Positions 40,190 through 52,452 of a stretch of 63,938 bases of DNA are shown piece by piece. The stretch covers positions 18,955,502 through 19,019,439 of the forward strand of contig CM119263.1 of the NCBI GenBank assembly GCA_051294375.1, in the 5' to 3' direction. The stretch is from Paraspadella gotoi. Its lineage: Eukaryota; Animalia; Chaetognatha. The notes under the pieces are model-generated. The model saw nothing but the letters and a program-made list of their open reading frames with translations, did not search any database and had not been told where the DNA came from. Position 1 is the first letter of the stretch, and each line of letters begins with the position of its first letter. The position numbers and the translations under genes are program-made.

Positions 40190-40895
40190 GATTGGTTAAC
40201 TTCAACCTTGAAGAGATGATTGACTGTGTGAAAAGCCGCTTCCGCCGTCGGAGTCAATTCAGTGAAAGCGTCGGTTCGGGCGCGTGAAGAAGCATTGGTG
40301 GAAAAGCCTGTGGCAGCGGTACTAGAGATGAAAGCTTCAGTGACAGTGTCGGTGAAGCCGACGTCGACAGAAGCGTTGGCAGATGCAATGGTGGAACCTT
40401 TGGACAAAGAATCAATGAAGGCATTGGTGTCGGAGACGGCAGAAACGTTGGCCGAAAGAGCTGATGCATAGGTGGAAGCATTATGAAAAGCGTTGGCTGT
40501 GGCGGTGGCGGTGGCGGTAGCGGTGGCGGTGACGGGGGCGGCGGCGGGGGCGGCCGTGGTCGGAACTTCGACGTCGCTGGACTCAGCAGACGTCATCGGT
40601 AAAATCGTCATCCGCTGACACTCTTTCCCTTCGTATCCTTCGTCGCAGTCGCATCGACGCCGGAACCGATCGACGATGACGCAGACGCCGACTCCGTGGC
40701 AGAAAACCCGCGGGCAGAACCGGCTCCAAATGGGCGGTCGAAAGTGATCGGGCAGAGCGAAGGGATAATGGGTCCGCGGCGGGCTTGGCCGAAGATAATC
40801 CATCGACATCGGATTCCAAGGAAGGCAGGGTCGGCCGAAGCGACAGGGCAGATGGTCGGGCGATGGAGGGACCAAGCCGGGCTGGCAGAAGGGAG
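40190..40895 (-). CDS. EGF/mucin gene: exon with end of EGF2, Pro-rich linker, EGF3 and Thr/Ala/Ser-rich stalk (runs into gap)
   Basis: Acceptor cccattctccgcag|ct (phase 1) completes CRCAYGFA-APFC. Then CPRVFCHGVGVCVIVDRFRRRCDCDEGYEGKEC (six-Cys EGF) and PTTAAPAAAPVTATATATATATANAFHNAST..., with several N-x-S sequons. Confidence 0.85.
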
Positions 40896-41418
40896 CTGCG
40901 GAGAATGGGAAGGCAGAGAGGGCGAAGGGTGGATTTGAGCGAATGAAATCTTTCAGGTGGTGAAGACAAATGAGAAAATATTGTGGAATAAATTCACGTA
41001 CGATTCGCNNNNNNNNNNAGGGTAATTTAAATACGTCCTTGCCAGAAGACGAGTTACTTAAAAAAGAAGGGTGAGTTGGGAAAACTGCGAAGGTTCATCT
41101 GAGTCATTCCTTTCTTTCTTTTTATGTCATCAAATTCATTGAGTGTAAACAGTACATAGGTAAGTAGATATATTATTAAAAATACAGATCTCTTAATGTC
41201 AGATAATTTATCACCGTAAGCATCGATTTATAAATAATTATTGTTAATTACGTATGTACATTATTAGACATTATTTGATCCGCAATATCTTTTTCAAACG
41301 TTATTTTTTCATGTATAACATGAATAAAACGATTAAAAAAACATGAATAACGTTATTTTTTGTAAATAACATTCCGAAAAGCTAAAAACGCGAATCGATC
41401 ACGTCAAACGCCAATCAC

Positions 41419-41625
41419 CCGCGAAACCGTAAGCGCAGCGGCAAGTCGCTTTTCCGTCAATGACGTGACACGTTCCCCGGAAGTGACACGTGTCCATTCG
41501 ACACTCCCTTGCCACGCCGCACCTTTCCCCGCCGAATCCGTCCGGACAGACGCACCGGAAGTGACGAGGCGCCGGAGCGTCGAGACACACGCCCCCGTTG
41601 GCGCAGGGATGCGTGGCGCAAGGGT
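41419..41625 (-). CDS. EGF/mucin gene: exon with two tandem EGF-like domains
   Basis: PCATHPCANGGVCLDAPAPRHFRCVCPDGFGGERC then ECRMDTCHFRGTCHVIDGKATCRCAYGFA, ending at donor g|gtgatt (41418). The upstream pyrimidine tract lacks an AG as assembled, so the 5' boundary is inferred. Confidence 0.85.
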
Positions 41626-42359
41626 GCGTGTGAAAGAAGAGAGAGGGAAAGGGAAAGGGAGAGGAGAAAGGAAGGAGGAAGATTAGGAGGAAATNNNNNN
41701 NNNNNNNNNNNNNNNNNNNNNNNNNNNNNNNNNNNNNNNNNNNNNNNNNNNNNNNNNNNNNNNNNNNNNNNNNNNNNNNNNNNNNNNNNNNNNNNNNNNN
41801 NNNNNNNNNNNNNNNNNNNNNNNNNNNNNNNNNNNNNNNNNNNNNNNNNNNNNNNNNNNNNNNNNNNNNNNNNNNNNGAGAGAGAGAGAGAGAGAGAGAG
41901 AGTATCCAACGACGGTTTTTAATTTTGAGTTTAAATTCTGTGAAGTGAAAGATTTGTTAAATGCGATGCGTTATAGAAATTTTTAAATGAAATACGAATA
42001 CGATTTCTCTAGAAATTTAGTTTCCGGATATTTTTATTAAAATGTTTTCATAAAATTAACAAACAAACTGGTCAATTTCCAAGACGAGCTGCCAATATCC
42101 TTTCCAGAGAAGAAAGTCATCGCCCCCGAGACATTGATCATGAGGTTCGAAGGTAAACATATTGACTTATTTTCTGGGCTTTAAAAAATAAAAATTGGAG
42201 AAGTTTCTCGATTACTATATAAACCATTAAAGACGATTTAACTATATACAAAAATTATAATCCAAATTAACCATTAAAAAAGTTTGATACATTTTTAAAA
42301 ACGCTTTTTTTTGGGGGTCGCGTCCGAAATTCCGCTTGGAGATAGACAGATCGACGGAC

Positions 42360-42497
42360 CGATGGACTCATGGACTCTGAGCTTAAAACGTTTGGCTTCG
42401 AATGGCTTCGTCACCGCGATCAATTCATAGGGGTCAATGTCGTCGTCGTTGACGTCGTCGTTCCTGGCCGAATCTCGAACAGTGTTCCAATTAATTT
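42360..42497 (-). CDS. EGF/mucin gene: candidate upstream exon
   Basis: tgacctccag|aa...atc g|gtccgt, phase 1-1, reads INWNTVRDSARNDDVNDDDIDPYELIAVTKPFEAKRFKLRVHESI. Splicing to 41625 gives the typical EGF start IDPC. Confidence 0.45.
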
Positions 42498-43112
42498 CTG
42501 GAGGTCAACTTTCTATGGCTCTCGTCGTCGTCGTCAGTCATCGTCGTCGTCCTAAGTGGTTGAATCCCGTTCTCTGACCGGTTTTCTTCCCAGAGGCCTC
42601 TCTATCGTCTTCGAACATCGTCTTCATCGTCGTCTTCGTCGTCGCCATCGTCGTCCACTCTTGGATGCGTCGTCGTCGTTCCCCCATCGTCCATTGTTTC
42701 TCCCTTGGTCTTTTGTTCTCGCCAAATCTCGTTTTTCCCTTTTCTTCTTCTTTTTCTCCCTGATATTTTATTGCTCGTCTCACCTCTTCTTTGGCGCCGG
42801 GGGAGTTTCGCTCAATGGGCGGGAATCGATCAACGGCGGGGACGGGTGAATGGCAAGAAAAAAGCTTGACGAATGGCAAATGAATCGATCAATTAATGTT
42901 GATAAATGGCACGAGGTTGTCGTTGACTGGCAGAGAGTGGAGCTGAGTTGGAAGACGGAAAGGGGGATGAGAGAAAGAGTGAATCTGGGTGAAAGAATTC
43001 GTTTTCTTTTCTGAAAGATCCGTCCAACTGAGACTCAAAGTTCAAAAGTCACGAGGTTAAATCCGGATATTGTGCTCTTTTTCCCGGGAATGTGGGGAAA
43101 TCTGTGATACAT

Positions 43113-43154
<42 letters not shown>

Positions 43155-44011
43155 GGGGGGAACTTTATTCAATAAAACAGATGAGTACGTCCCAAATAAA
43201 ATTATAAAATTTTACTTATCATAGCACTAGTGGACAGAAAAAAATACAAAATTCTACATTAGATAAACTAAACAAAAATAATAATTTTTTTTCTACTAAA
43301 TTTTACTTTTTTTACAATTTTTTTGAGAAAGCAAAGTATTTTTTAAATTATTACAACGATTTTTATTATTATTTTTTTAGAATTCTGCTTGACTGCTCCC
43401 ACTTCTTCTCTTTCTTTGATATCGGAGATTACCTTTAAGCCCGAACCCATTCTCGACTTCATGGGATCGCTCACCACCTCATATTCACCAACCACGATCA
43501 CTGTTCATTCACATTCTAATAATTTGCCATAGTTGACAAGCCAGCGGCCGATATTCCCTCTTTTTTGACGAAGATCATAGATCAGTGATCTTTCACCGAC
43601 ATCACCGACCAACGGTGCCTCACCCACCTACTTTTCCGTACCCCTGTCTTTCACTTCACAGTCGCAAACGATTTACTGAAAAAGAAAGAAAATCTTTTCC
43701 AGAGATTTCTGACTCCCGTTGCTTCTCCGAGTCTTCACCCTTTCCTAACTGTGAGGCCGTCTCCTACTTTCCGCCGCCCATGATTGGTTTTTTTTTCTTC
43801 TTTGATTGGTTTTTTCTTCTCTGATTGGTTTTTTCGTCGCTGTTGTTGTTATTTTTGTTGTTGTTGTTATTATTGACGACTGATCGGCGACTCGTTCGAT
43901 CCCCTCGTGATCAAAGTGAAGAAAAACGCTCCAATTTTTTTCTTTCTTTCTCTTTATTTCTTTACCTTTTTATTTGTTTCTTTTTTNNNNNNNNNNNNNN
44001 NNNNNNNNNNN

Positions 44012-47000
44012 ACGTATGTGATTTGTAAATGGAGCTATGAAAAGAAGCGAGAATTATTGGAACGTTATTTACGAAGTAACGAAAGTGATGTACTACTACT
44101 ATGTAATACGATTATTATTACTATTACTATGTATACTACTACTATAGTGAAATTACGTGTTATACATATTATTTACTTGAGTTACGGAATATGACTGATA
44201 GAGTGACTGGTATTACGTTTGTACTGATTAGTCCGTGACGTAATGACGTAGGCGTGAAACTGAAGGTGTAAATACTATTGGAGAACGAATGGATTAACGA
44301 TGTATACGGTGCAAATTACTAGCTGAGCGACGTGATATGTAAGTTACTGATAGACTGGATAGATGTACGTACGTGGACTTATTTGCGAAATGATGGAAAG
44401 TGAGAGGGAGGTGACTCCAGACGACTCGGTGATGAGTAAATCTGGGGGGAGTGAAACAAAAGATGTGTTTTATTTTTAAATGACCGGCGGATAAGTTGGA
44501 TTACTCAATATGATATGTGGAAAAAACTCCTCTCTCGTAGTAATAGAGTGGCGGAATGAGGGTGGATTGAACCTATGTGACGTCATAAGTAAACAACATA
44601 ACAATAAGTCAATGGGGCCAGTGGCCCCTCTAAGTTACCGAGCTAAGCCACAAGTCCTCGTGATGTTAACGTTGACGCACGATAAAGCACTTCATCGCCC
44701 CCCCACGGAGGACCATGAGTAGCAGCGTTGAGTGAGCCCGAAAGGTAAACAGAGTGACTTATGGGTCGGGGCTGGTGAAATACATGAAAGAAGTGGGATA
44801 ATATTAATGTAAGAAAGTCCTGGATGACTATAAATGAATAGTCCATAATCTAACGTATACTGACGATAGACCCAAAATATGAATCAAGAACATAAAAGTA
44901 TTGATGAGACATAGGAAGGAAAAAAAAGCTCCCTATCTGTAGGGGCGGTGCGTACGTGTGTGGGTCCTTCAATCGTTGGTCGTATGTTGTCCTTCTCTTC
45001 TTTGGTGCCCGGTGTTCTCTTCGAAAGAGTTCCGCTGTGGGATTAGTAAATACCAAAGAAATCGACGTTTTTGACAATTTTTTTTTTAAAAACAACTCGA
45101 AAAAGACTATTTTAAAAATATCTTTTAAAAAAATTATTAGTTAAAAGTGAATATCAAAAACGTCAAGAAGATACTAAGAAAAGAGGAGTACTTGAAAAAC
45201 GTAAAATCAATCGTGGAAGAATAATCGTAGAATTCTTCTTATGGCTTATAACTCGTTGCATAATATGCGCTACCGTCACCAGCAGCAGCGTAATCTGCCC
45301 CGATCGGGGATCTCTTGCCTGGTCAATGGGGCAGGTCCGTGATGAACGTCCCGTCAGTCGTGTTCAGCAATTGTTAGTCGTACCCCTTGGTTTGGTTGCC
45401 AGATCTCTGTTAAGCCTGTTTGAGTGACGTCTGCTACCTTTCTTATTTAGTGTTGCTCTCCGTCCGTGCGTATTAACTTTCTCTGCACTCTTTTCACTTC
45501 AAGCACGTTCAATACTACCCTTCGTTCTTACCTAACCGTAGGTCCTGTTTGACAATCAGCTCCGGACATTTTTCTCTTTCGTAGGATACCGAGTATCTTA
45601 TGTACTATCAGAGGTTACTCCGTACCTAATCATCGATCAAAACTGTCTCTATCCGCGGGTCGTTATATCTCAGTCACAAGCCGTTATCTGCATATATAAT
45701 ATAGTATATTATTATATTATTTTTCGAGATTATTATATATTATATATTATAGTGTTTAATTCACTCTTTATATCCTTTTTTATCTACAATACTACGGCAT
45801 ATTAGTATATAGTATGATATATTATTAGTATTATTATATATATATATACGTCCGTGAACAAGCTGTAGTAAATATTATATATAATATATATATGTATATA
45901 TATGCAAGCCTATCACTTACATGTTCTCAATTTCTTTCTATATTTCCGTAAAATCTTCTGTTTATCCAAGATTATCGATCCACTTAGTTTCATTCCACTT
46001 ATTATTTTACCTATATAGTTACTTTTGTTCATATACGCCAAAATTTCATCGTTTTTCCTTTCTTCTTTTCCCTTTATTGTTGTATCTTATTATTAAGTCT
46101 TTTCTATCTACTGATTAACGTATACTATTTACTATTGTTATGTACCATTCGTTACTATTCTCACTTCTTCTGCTTTTGAGGCCCGCGCGGCGGCGCCCCT
46201 TCGGGAGTTTCGCTAGCTAATGGGCCTATGGTGTAATCGCTAATCAATACACGGTAACGGTTACTCTTTAATCTGAAATGGTTGCGCCAAGAACAACAAA
46301 CGCTTTTCATCGTAAATGCTGCAATTATTAATCGATAATCAATTATCGTTTTTAAAGAGTTAAATTATGGCACCTGAATGCGTTTTTTTCTTCGTTATTC
46401 AAACATTGGCCATTAGTTTTGGCAAGCGAGGTGAGGAAGACAGGAAGATTATGGTACTAGGACATTATCTAAGCAGTGGATGTCGGAGAAAGAGTTCGAA
46501 TCTGCCGCCCGTCTGTTTTAAGTGTGAAAGAATTTTCGAGTTTTCTTTATTTGATTGAAATAATAAAGAATCCATGTCCCACTGTATATTGAACTCCCCA
46601 AATTTCATAATATCCCTGAGTGGTTTTATTTTTTTAAATGCCCCGGGATATTGTGCTGTTATGGTTTTCCATGGCAATGTGGGTGGAAATCCTTTGTATT
46701 GTGATACATCGAGAAAACGATTATATCAATTTTGAGATCGAGCTGCAATTATTGGATGATTCACTGTTGTTGCTCGTGATGGCGACTCAGAGAGAGAGAG
46801 AATAGGGGTCGGAGGGATCTTAAACCTTAAATATACATAAAACATGAACTTAGAGTAAGGCTGGTCCCCAAATTAAATATAGATATAATTTTCTTTATCT
46901 AGTTATGTCATAGCCCACTTTTATGTAGTAGTGTGATCAGAACTGAATAAATACATCAAAATTCCACCCATTATGTAAAAACTTTAAAACAATAGTTTAA

Positions 47001-49500
47001 TTTATTAATATATAATTTTCTCTTCAAAAAAACTGAAATTTAACTTCTTTTTTTAACCAAAATTTTATTTGTTGAGAAAGAAATAAAAGTATTATTTTTA
47101 AATTTTACTGTCGCTCATATCAAACTCAAGCATCATAATATGATTAATATTTTATGTGTTATATTATGTTAATTGCATGCTGCTAACTCGTACCACACAC
47201 TTTCTTCTTACTTTCTTTTGTTAATTCGAATTAATTACCTTTTAAGCCCGACTTCTCCTCTATTATTCATTACATGAGATCATTAGAAGGGAATATTTCT
47301 CACCATACCTCATATCACAAAAAAACCAATCACTCGGTAAAACACCCACGATCATCTGTTCAAATTGTTCAACAATGTTTACTCGTTTATATTAATTTAA
47401 TGTCACATATTAAAATAGTTTGACAATGCCAGTACAGGACACAATTAACCGATAAATCACATGCTTTTTATTTTGACATTAAATTAATCTTAGATCAGTT
47501 TGAATTCCTTTTCAAACCACACATCGAAACGAGAAATAACGGTGCACTCAGCCAAATACCTATAACCTCCTTTTTTCTCCTGTTATCCCATGTCTTATTC
47601 ACTATCAACAAAAGTACGGACAATAAAAACGATTTATAATCTATGAAAAAAAGAGATAAGAAATCATATATTCCAAAAGGAAGAATTTTCTGAATCCCAC
47701 GAGATAATTGTCTTTCCTCGTAGTCTTCACAAAACTATTTCAAATCTGTATGATCGACCGTACACTAACCTTACATTTCAGCTCATTAAAACACGACACC
47801 AAAAAAAATGTGTTATCTATAAAATTTAAAAAAATGAATATGGTAAAAATTAAATTTATTATATTCATTACCTAAAAATATGAAAAATTTGAGAAAGATT
47901 TTTTATTTATACTCTGTTTATTGGTTATTATTTTCGTTCACAGCAATGTTGTTGTTATTTTTGTTAATGTTTTTGTATATAAATAAAAAATTGAATATAA
48001 AACGACAATAAGAAAATCTCTCTGCGTTACACACAACATTATCTTTCATCTCACCATAAATCAAAAATTATTCGTGATAAATACAATAAAGAAAAAAAGA
48101 AAAAATAAAATTAAACTCAGATCTACACAACGGTTTAAATATAGATCTACTTATCACACAGAAATATTTTATCATTATTTCTTTCTCTTTTATTCACTTT
48201 AAACACATTTATATATTGTTTTCATATTTTTATAAATTGTATTTAACGTCTTTCTTTTTTATTTATTGTTTTTAATTTCTTTTTTTCTTCCTTTTTTCTT
48301 ATATTTGTTTAGTTATTCTTCTGTATATTCTTATTCCTTCTATTTAATTAGTATTATATCTTTAAAAATAAAAGGAATTTTAAGTAATAAAATTATATAA
48401 TCAAAACAATTCTTTCTTAAACAAAAATATAATATATTATTTTATAAATATAAATTATTTATATTTAAATAAAGAATAAATTAATAAACTTTATTCTTCT
48501 TTAATAAAACATAAATAATCTCAAATTTAACTTTTTCTTGTTTCTTTTAATAATTAATGAAAAAAACATTCCTTTTTTATTTATATAATGTATTGTTATA
48601 AAAAAAAAAAAAAACACTAAAGAGTAATAATATGTATGAACAAATTCAACATTAAAAAGATGCCATTTTCAAAATATAATTTAGATGGTTAATAACAAAT
48701 TTTCCTTTCGTTCAGTCGCTTACTCTTCGCTGATCTCAATCTTTTTGAAAACCTAGATATAGAAACTCATAACGGAAACAAAGTAATATTATTCATAAAA
48801 CGGATGGTTCGATGGTCAGGTGATAGAGAAAACACACCGTTAAGATCGATAATTAAACTTGTGATAGACAGTTTAAGAAAGAGAGCCCGGCCTTTTTCTC
48901 TCTCTTTAATAATAACTCTCAATCTGCTTCTCTCTTATCTCTACATAATTCTCTCTCTATCTCTTCTCTCTCTCTCTTCTATTCTGGGGAAAGCAATAAA
49001 ATTAATAGATATTGGTTATCCAAAATTCGCTGTGTGACACCTTCACAATAAGAAACGTCTTCCTAAAACTATTACATGTAAATAAAATTCACCCACTCCC
49101 CTCATTTTCTTTTTATTATTATTAAAGAGAGAGTGCAGCTCTCTTCAGAAAATTCTAATATATAACACGATGATTTTTCTATTCATATTTCATATTTTGC
49201 TGAGCTAACAAATTATTTTTATATATATATTATTATGTTGAGAACAGTTAATTCGACAAAATAAATTAAAAGATATTAAAGATTAAAAGAATGAATAAAC
49301 AACGAACCATAAATATTCCAGCCGTTTCCCTTATGTCATTTCATCACTAAATAACTTTCTATATTCCACCGCCGCTCGGTCTACTAACGCGTCCAATTCA
49401 CGCCGCCCCGCCGTTTCCGGTCCGCCCTCTTTTTTTTTCTTCCGGCGCCGCGACCAGTCTTTTTTTTTCTGCGGCGCCAACGAACAAGAGCCACTCGGTA
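44012..49500 (+). other. Low-quality, insertion-inflated copy of ~42-44 kb (probable unpolished long-read gap fill)
   Basis: Colinear anchors: gggagtttcgct 42801/46203, ccggatattgtgct 43063/46643, attacctttaagcccga 43428/47234, ccacgatca 43492/47346. Spacing is about 1.6x longer in the copy. The segment starts at a 25-N gap and ends at another gap. Confidence 0.8.
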
Positions 49501-50820
49501 NNNNNNNNNNNNNNNNNNNNNNNNNNNNNNNNNNNNNNNNNNNNNNNNNNNNNNNNNNNNNNNNNNNNNNNNNNNNNNNNNNNNNNNNNNNNNNNNNNNN
49601 NNNNNNNNNNNNNNNNNNNNNNNNNNNNNNNNNNNNNNNNNNNNNNNNNNNNNNNNNNNNNNNNNNNNNNNNNNNNNNNNNNNNNNNNNNNNNNNNNNNN
49701 NNNNNNNNNNNNNNNNNNNNNNNNNNNNNNNNNNNNNNNNNNNNNNNNNNNNNNNNNNNNNNNNNNNNNNNNNNNNNNNNNNNNATTTCTAAGGTAAAAA
49801 AACCAACCAAGTTTCTTCTTTTCGCCGAAAAAAAAAACCCGGGGTCTTTCGGAGTTGTGTTTTCAGTGCTTCTCTTTCATTGCGTTATATTCTTTGCGAT
49901 ATATTCTTACTATACTCAATTCCCTAAATCTCTCAAAGTAATGGATAAAATTATTCTCCTTTGTTCTTCTTTTTTCTATGTATAAAATCTTTTCCCGCTT
50001 ATCAAGAGTTTATTGCTTCTTTAATAATCGTAATGACCTTCGATGAAAAGAGAAAATTCAAAGTCAACGCCCTTTCCTCGGAATCTCCTCTCATCTCTTC
50101 TCCAACGTTTCTTTCCTTCTTTCCTTCTCTCTTCTCTTCCATTCTCTTCTTCTCTTTCTTTCCTCGAAGGCTTTTACACCAAATCTTCGCTCAACTTCCT
50201 CATTTTATTAATCCTTTTCTTTTCCTTCTTGTTCTTCTTCGAAAGTTCTTTTCCACTCTTACTCCATTTATTGAACCAGTTAAACTTCTACCCACCCTTT
50301 GACAAATTATCTCCCACCGTTCCCATCCCTCAAAACATCCTACCACCTCCTCCCCCACCCTTCCCATCACCTCCCACGCTTCTTATCCATCTTTCCCATC
50401 TCCACCCCCATCATTCCCATCTCCCCTCGACAACCTTCCCATTTCCTCTTTGGAGTGAGCCTCTTTTTTCTCCCCCGGTCCCCGCCGGTTTTCTCAATCC
50501 AGTTTCATCTCCTCCGTTTTATTGCGAGGACATTGCTGTTCCACGATTCCCCTTTATTGCGATATCGCGTCGGTTTAACGCGCCGCGGCGTCAGTCCGAC
50601 GCCAAATTCCGTTTTCAGCCGATCGGGGGAGAAAAAAAGGGAAACCCCGAGAGATTCGAGATTCGAGCCGATCGAGTGGAGAAAAAAAAATCGCTTGGAA
50701 TTTTTAAAAGTCGTCCCGACCGAAGTCGCGATGTCAGGTCAACTCGATAAAGTGTCGCTTTTGTTTGAAATTTAGGTCCTTTCATAAAGAAAAAAACCGA
50801 CTTATGATCTCTATTGGAGC

Positions 50821-50848
50821 GACATGACATGACATGACATGACATGAC
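50821..50848. repeat. (GACAT)n pentanucleotide repeat
   Basis: Same motif as 7493-7521. Confidence 0.9.
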
Positions 50849-51483
50849 AGCCAAGTTTCATCCATTCTCTCTCTATAATTCTAATGATATCGCCAAGGAC
50901 ATTGACGGAGATGAAATTAGAGACGTGGACGCGAATGTTGCTGCAGATGTGAACATCCAACTCTTCCTCCTCCTCCTCCTCCCTCGCCGAAGGAGGAATC
51001 CTTCTGTTTCTTCATCTTCCTCCTCCTCCTCCTCCTCCTCCTCCTCCTTTTCACCCCCGCATATTTCACCCTTAATTCTCGCCCGCGTTTTTATTTTCCG
51101 AACAAAAACCCATTTCCGGTTTATTTCGATTCAACGTGCGATTTTTTTTCCCCTCTACTTTTTTTTTTCATTCCGAACCAAAGTTTTTTTTTGCTTTTTT
51201 TGGTCTAAATCGTCGACTTTGTGCTTGTTGTTGTTGTTGTCGTTGTCGTTGTTCATTTTTTCAGTTATTGTTGTTGAATACGAGGTTGTTGATTTATTAT
51301 TTCGATACGTTGTTTCTTTCTTTCTTTTTTGTTCCGCTTTTTACGAATCTCAATTTAATTATTTTCGTAGCCTTTGTTCAATGTTTTGCGTTTTGTTTTT
51401 TTGTTTTTTTTTCGTTTCTGCCATCGTCGATTCCGTGCTTCTTTTCCCGTTCTTCTTCTTTTTTTTTCTCCGCTCGACGCCAG

Positions 51484-51588
51484 ATGACGTTGGACGGGGG
51501 CGACGTCCCTCTGTTTACGCTTTAAATTAGTGTCGATCTCGTCTCTGGCCGCTACAGTCGGCGCCGCGTGAAGCGTACTACGTCGGGG
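51484..51588 (+). CDS. Possible first (signal-peptide) exon of the SUEL-lectin gene
   Basis: Removing two single inserted bases gives MTLDGATSLCLRFKLVSISSLAATVGAAEAYYVG, ending g|gtaaat in phase 1, which is compatible with 56353. Speculative because two indels are needed. Confidence 0.2.
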
Positions 51589-52330
51589 GTAAATCGACTC
51601 GGTCCGTCATTCCTTGATTCATCGCTCGGACTCTCTGACAGTACTAGTAAAGGTACGGTCAATAAAAATGCCATTTTATTCTGAATGCATACACGATTAT
51701 TAATTCCTTATTCTCATAACCTTCTCTCACTCTCTTCTCACTCCTCTACGCTGCTCACGCCTTCTACTCTCTATCTCCCACCTCTCTCTCTTCCCCCACT
51801 CTCTCTCGCTCTCTCTCTCTCTCGCTCTCCTCTTTCTCATCTCTCTCTTCCTCTCTCTCTCTCCGTCTCTTCTCGTCCTCTTTCTCCGTCTCTCTCTCTC
51901 TCTCTCTTCTTTCTCTCTCTTTCCTTCAACGATTCCACAGTCACGGCATCGAGTCCAGGACGAATCGTTCGATGTTCTTTTTGACCCTTTGTGGTCTCTC
52001 AGCCTTTCATTTACTCCGAGCACCTCCCCCCCACCTCCTACCTTCTCCTTCACCTACCCTCTCTCTCGTAATCGCGACCCTTCCACGTTGCCCCCGAATT
52101 CGAAACCGATTCGTCCAAGTCGTTGGAGTTGAATCCAAAAAAGAGGATCCAAAAACGGACTGAGGGACGTACAGACAGAATCAGACTATAGACGAAAACG
52201 TCATCACAACTTCGCAATTGAGAGCAGCGCCAAAGACGACGATGAGAACAACAATGGCGTCAACATTGAGCACAACGATGACAACAGCAAGGAGAACAAC
52301 AGCCGCGTTAATTCGATTCCATCTCGGCCA

Positions 52331-52452
<122 letters not shown>

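Noticed and set aside
43825-43930. Leu-rich signal-peptide-like ORF start
   Set aside because: It derives from a (TTG)n microsatellite, has no ATG and is on the opposite strand to the adjacent EGF gene.
47800-48700. Extremely AT-rich block suggesting an organellar insertion or foreign DNA
   Set aside because: It lies inside the noisy gap-fill copy and has no recognisable mitochondrial gene, rRNA or tRNA.
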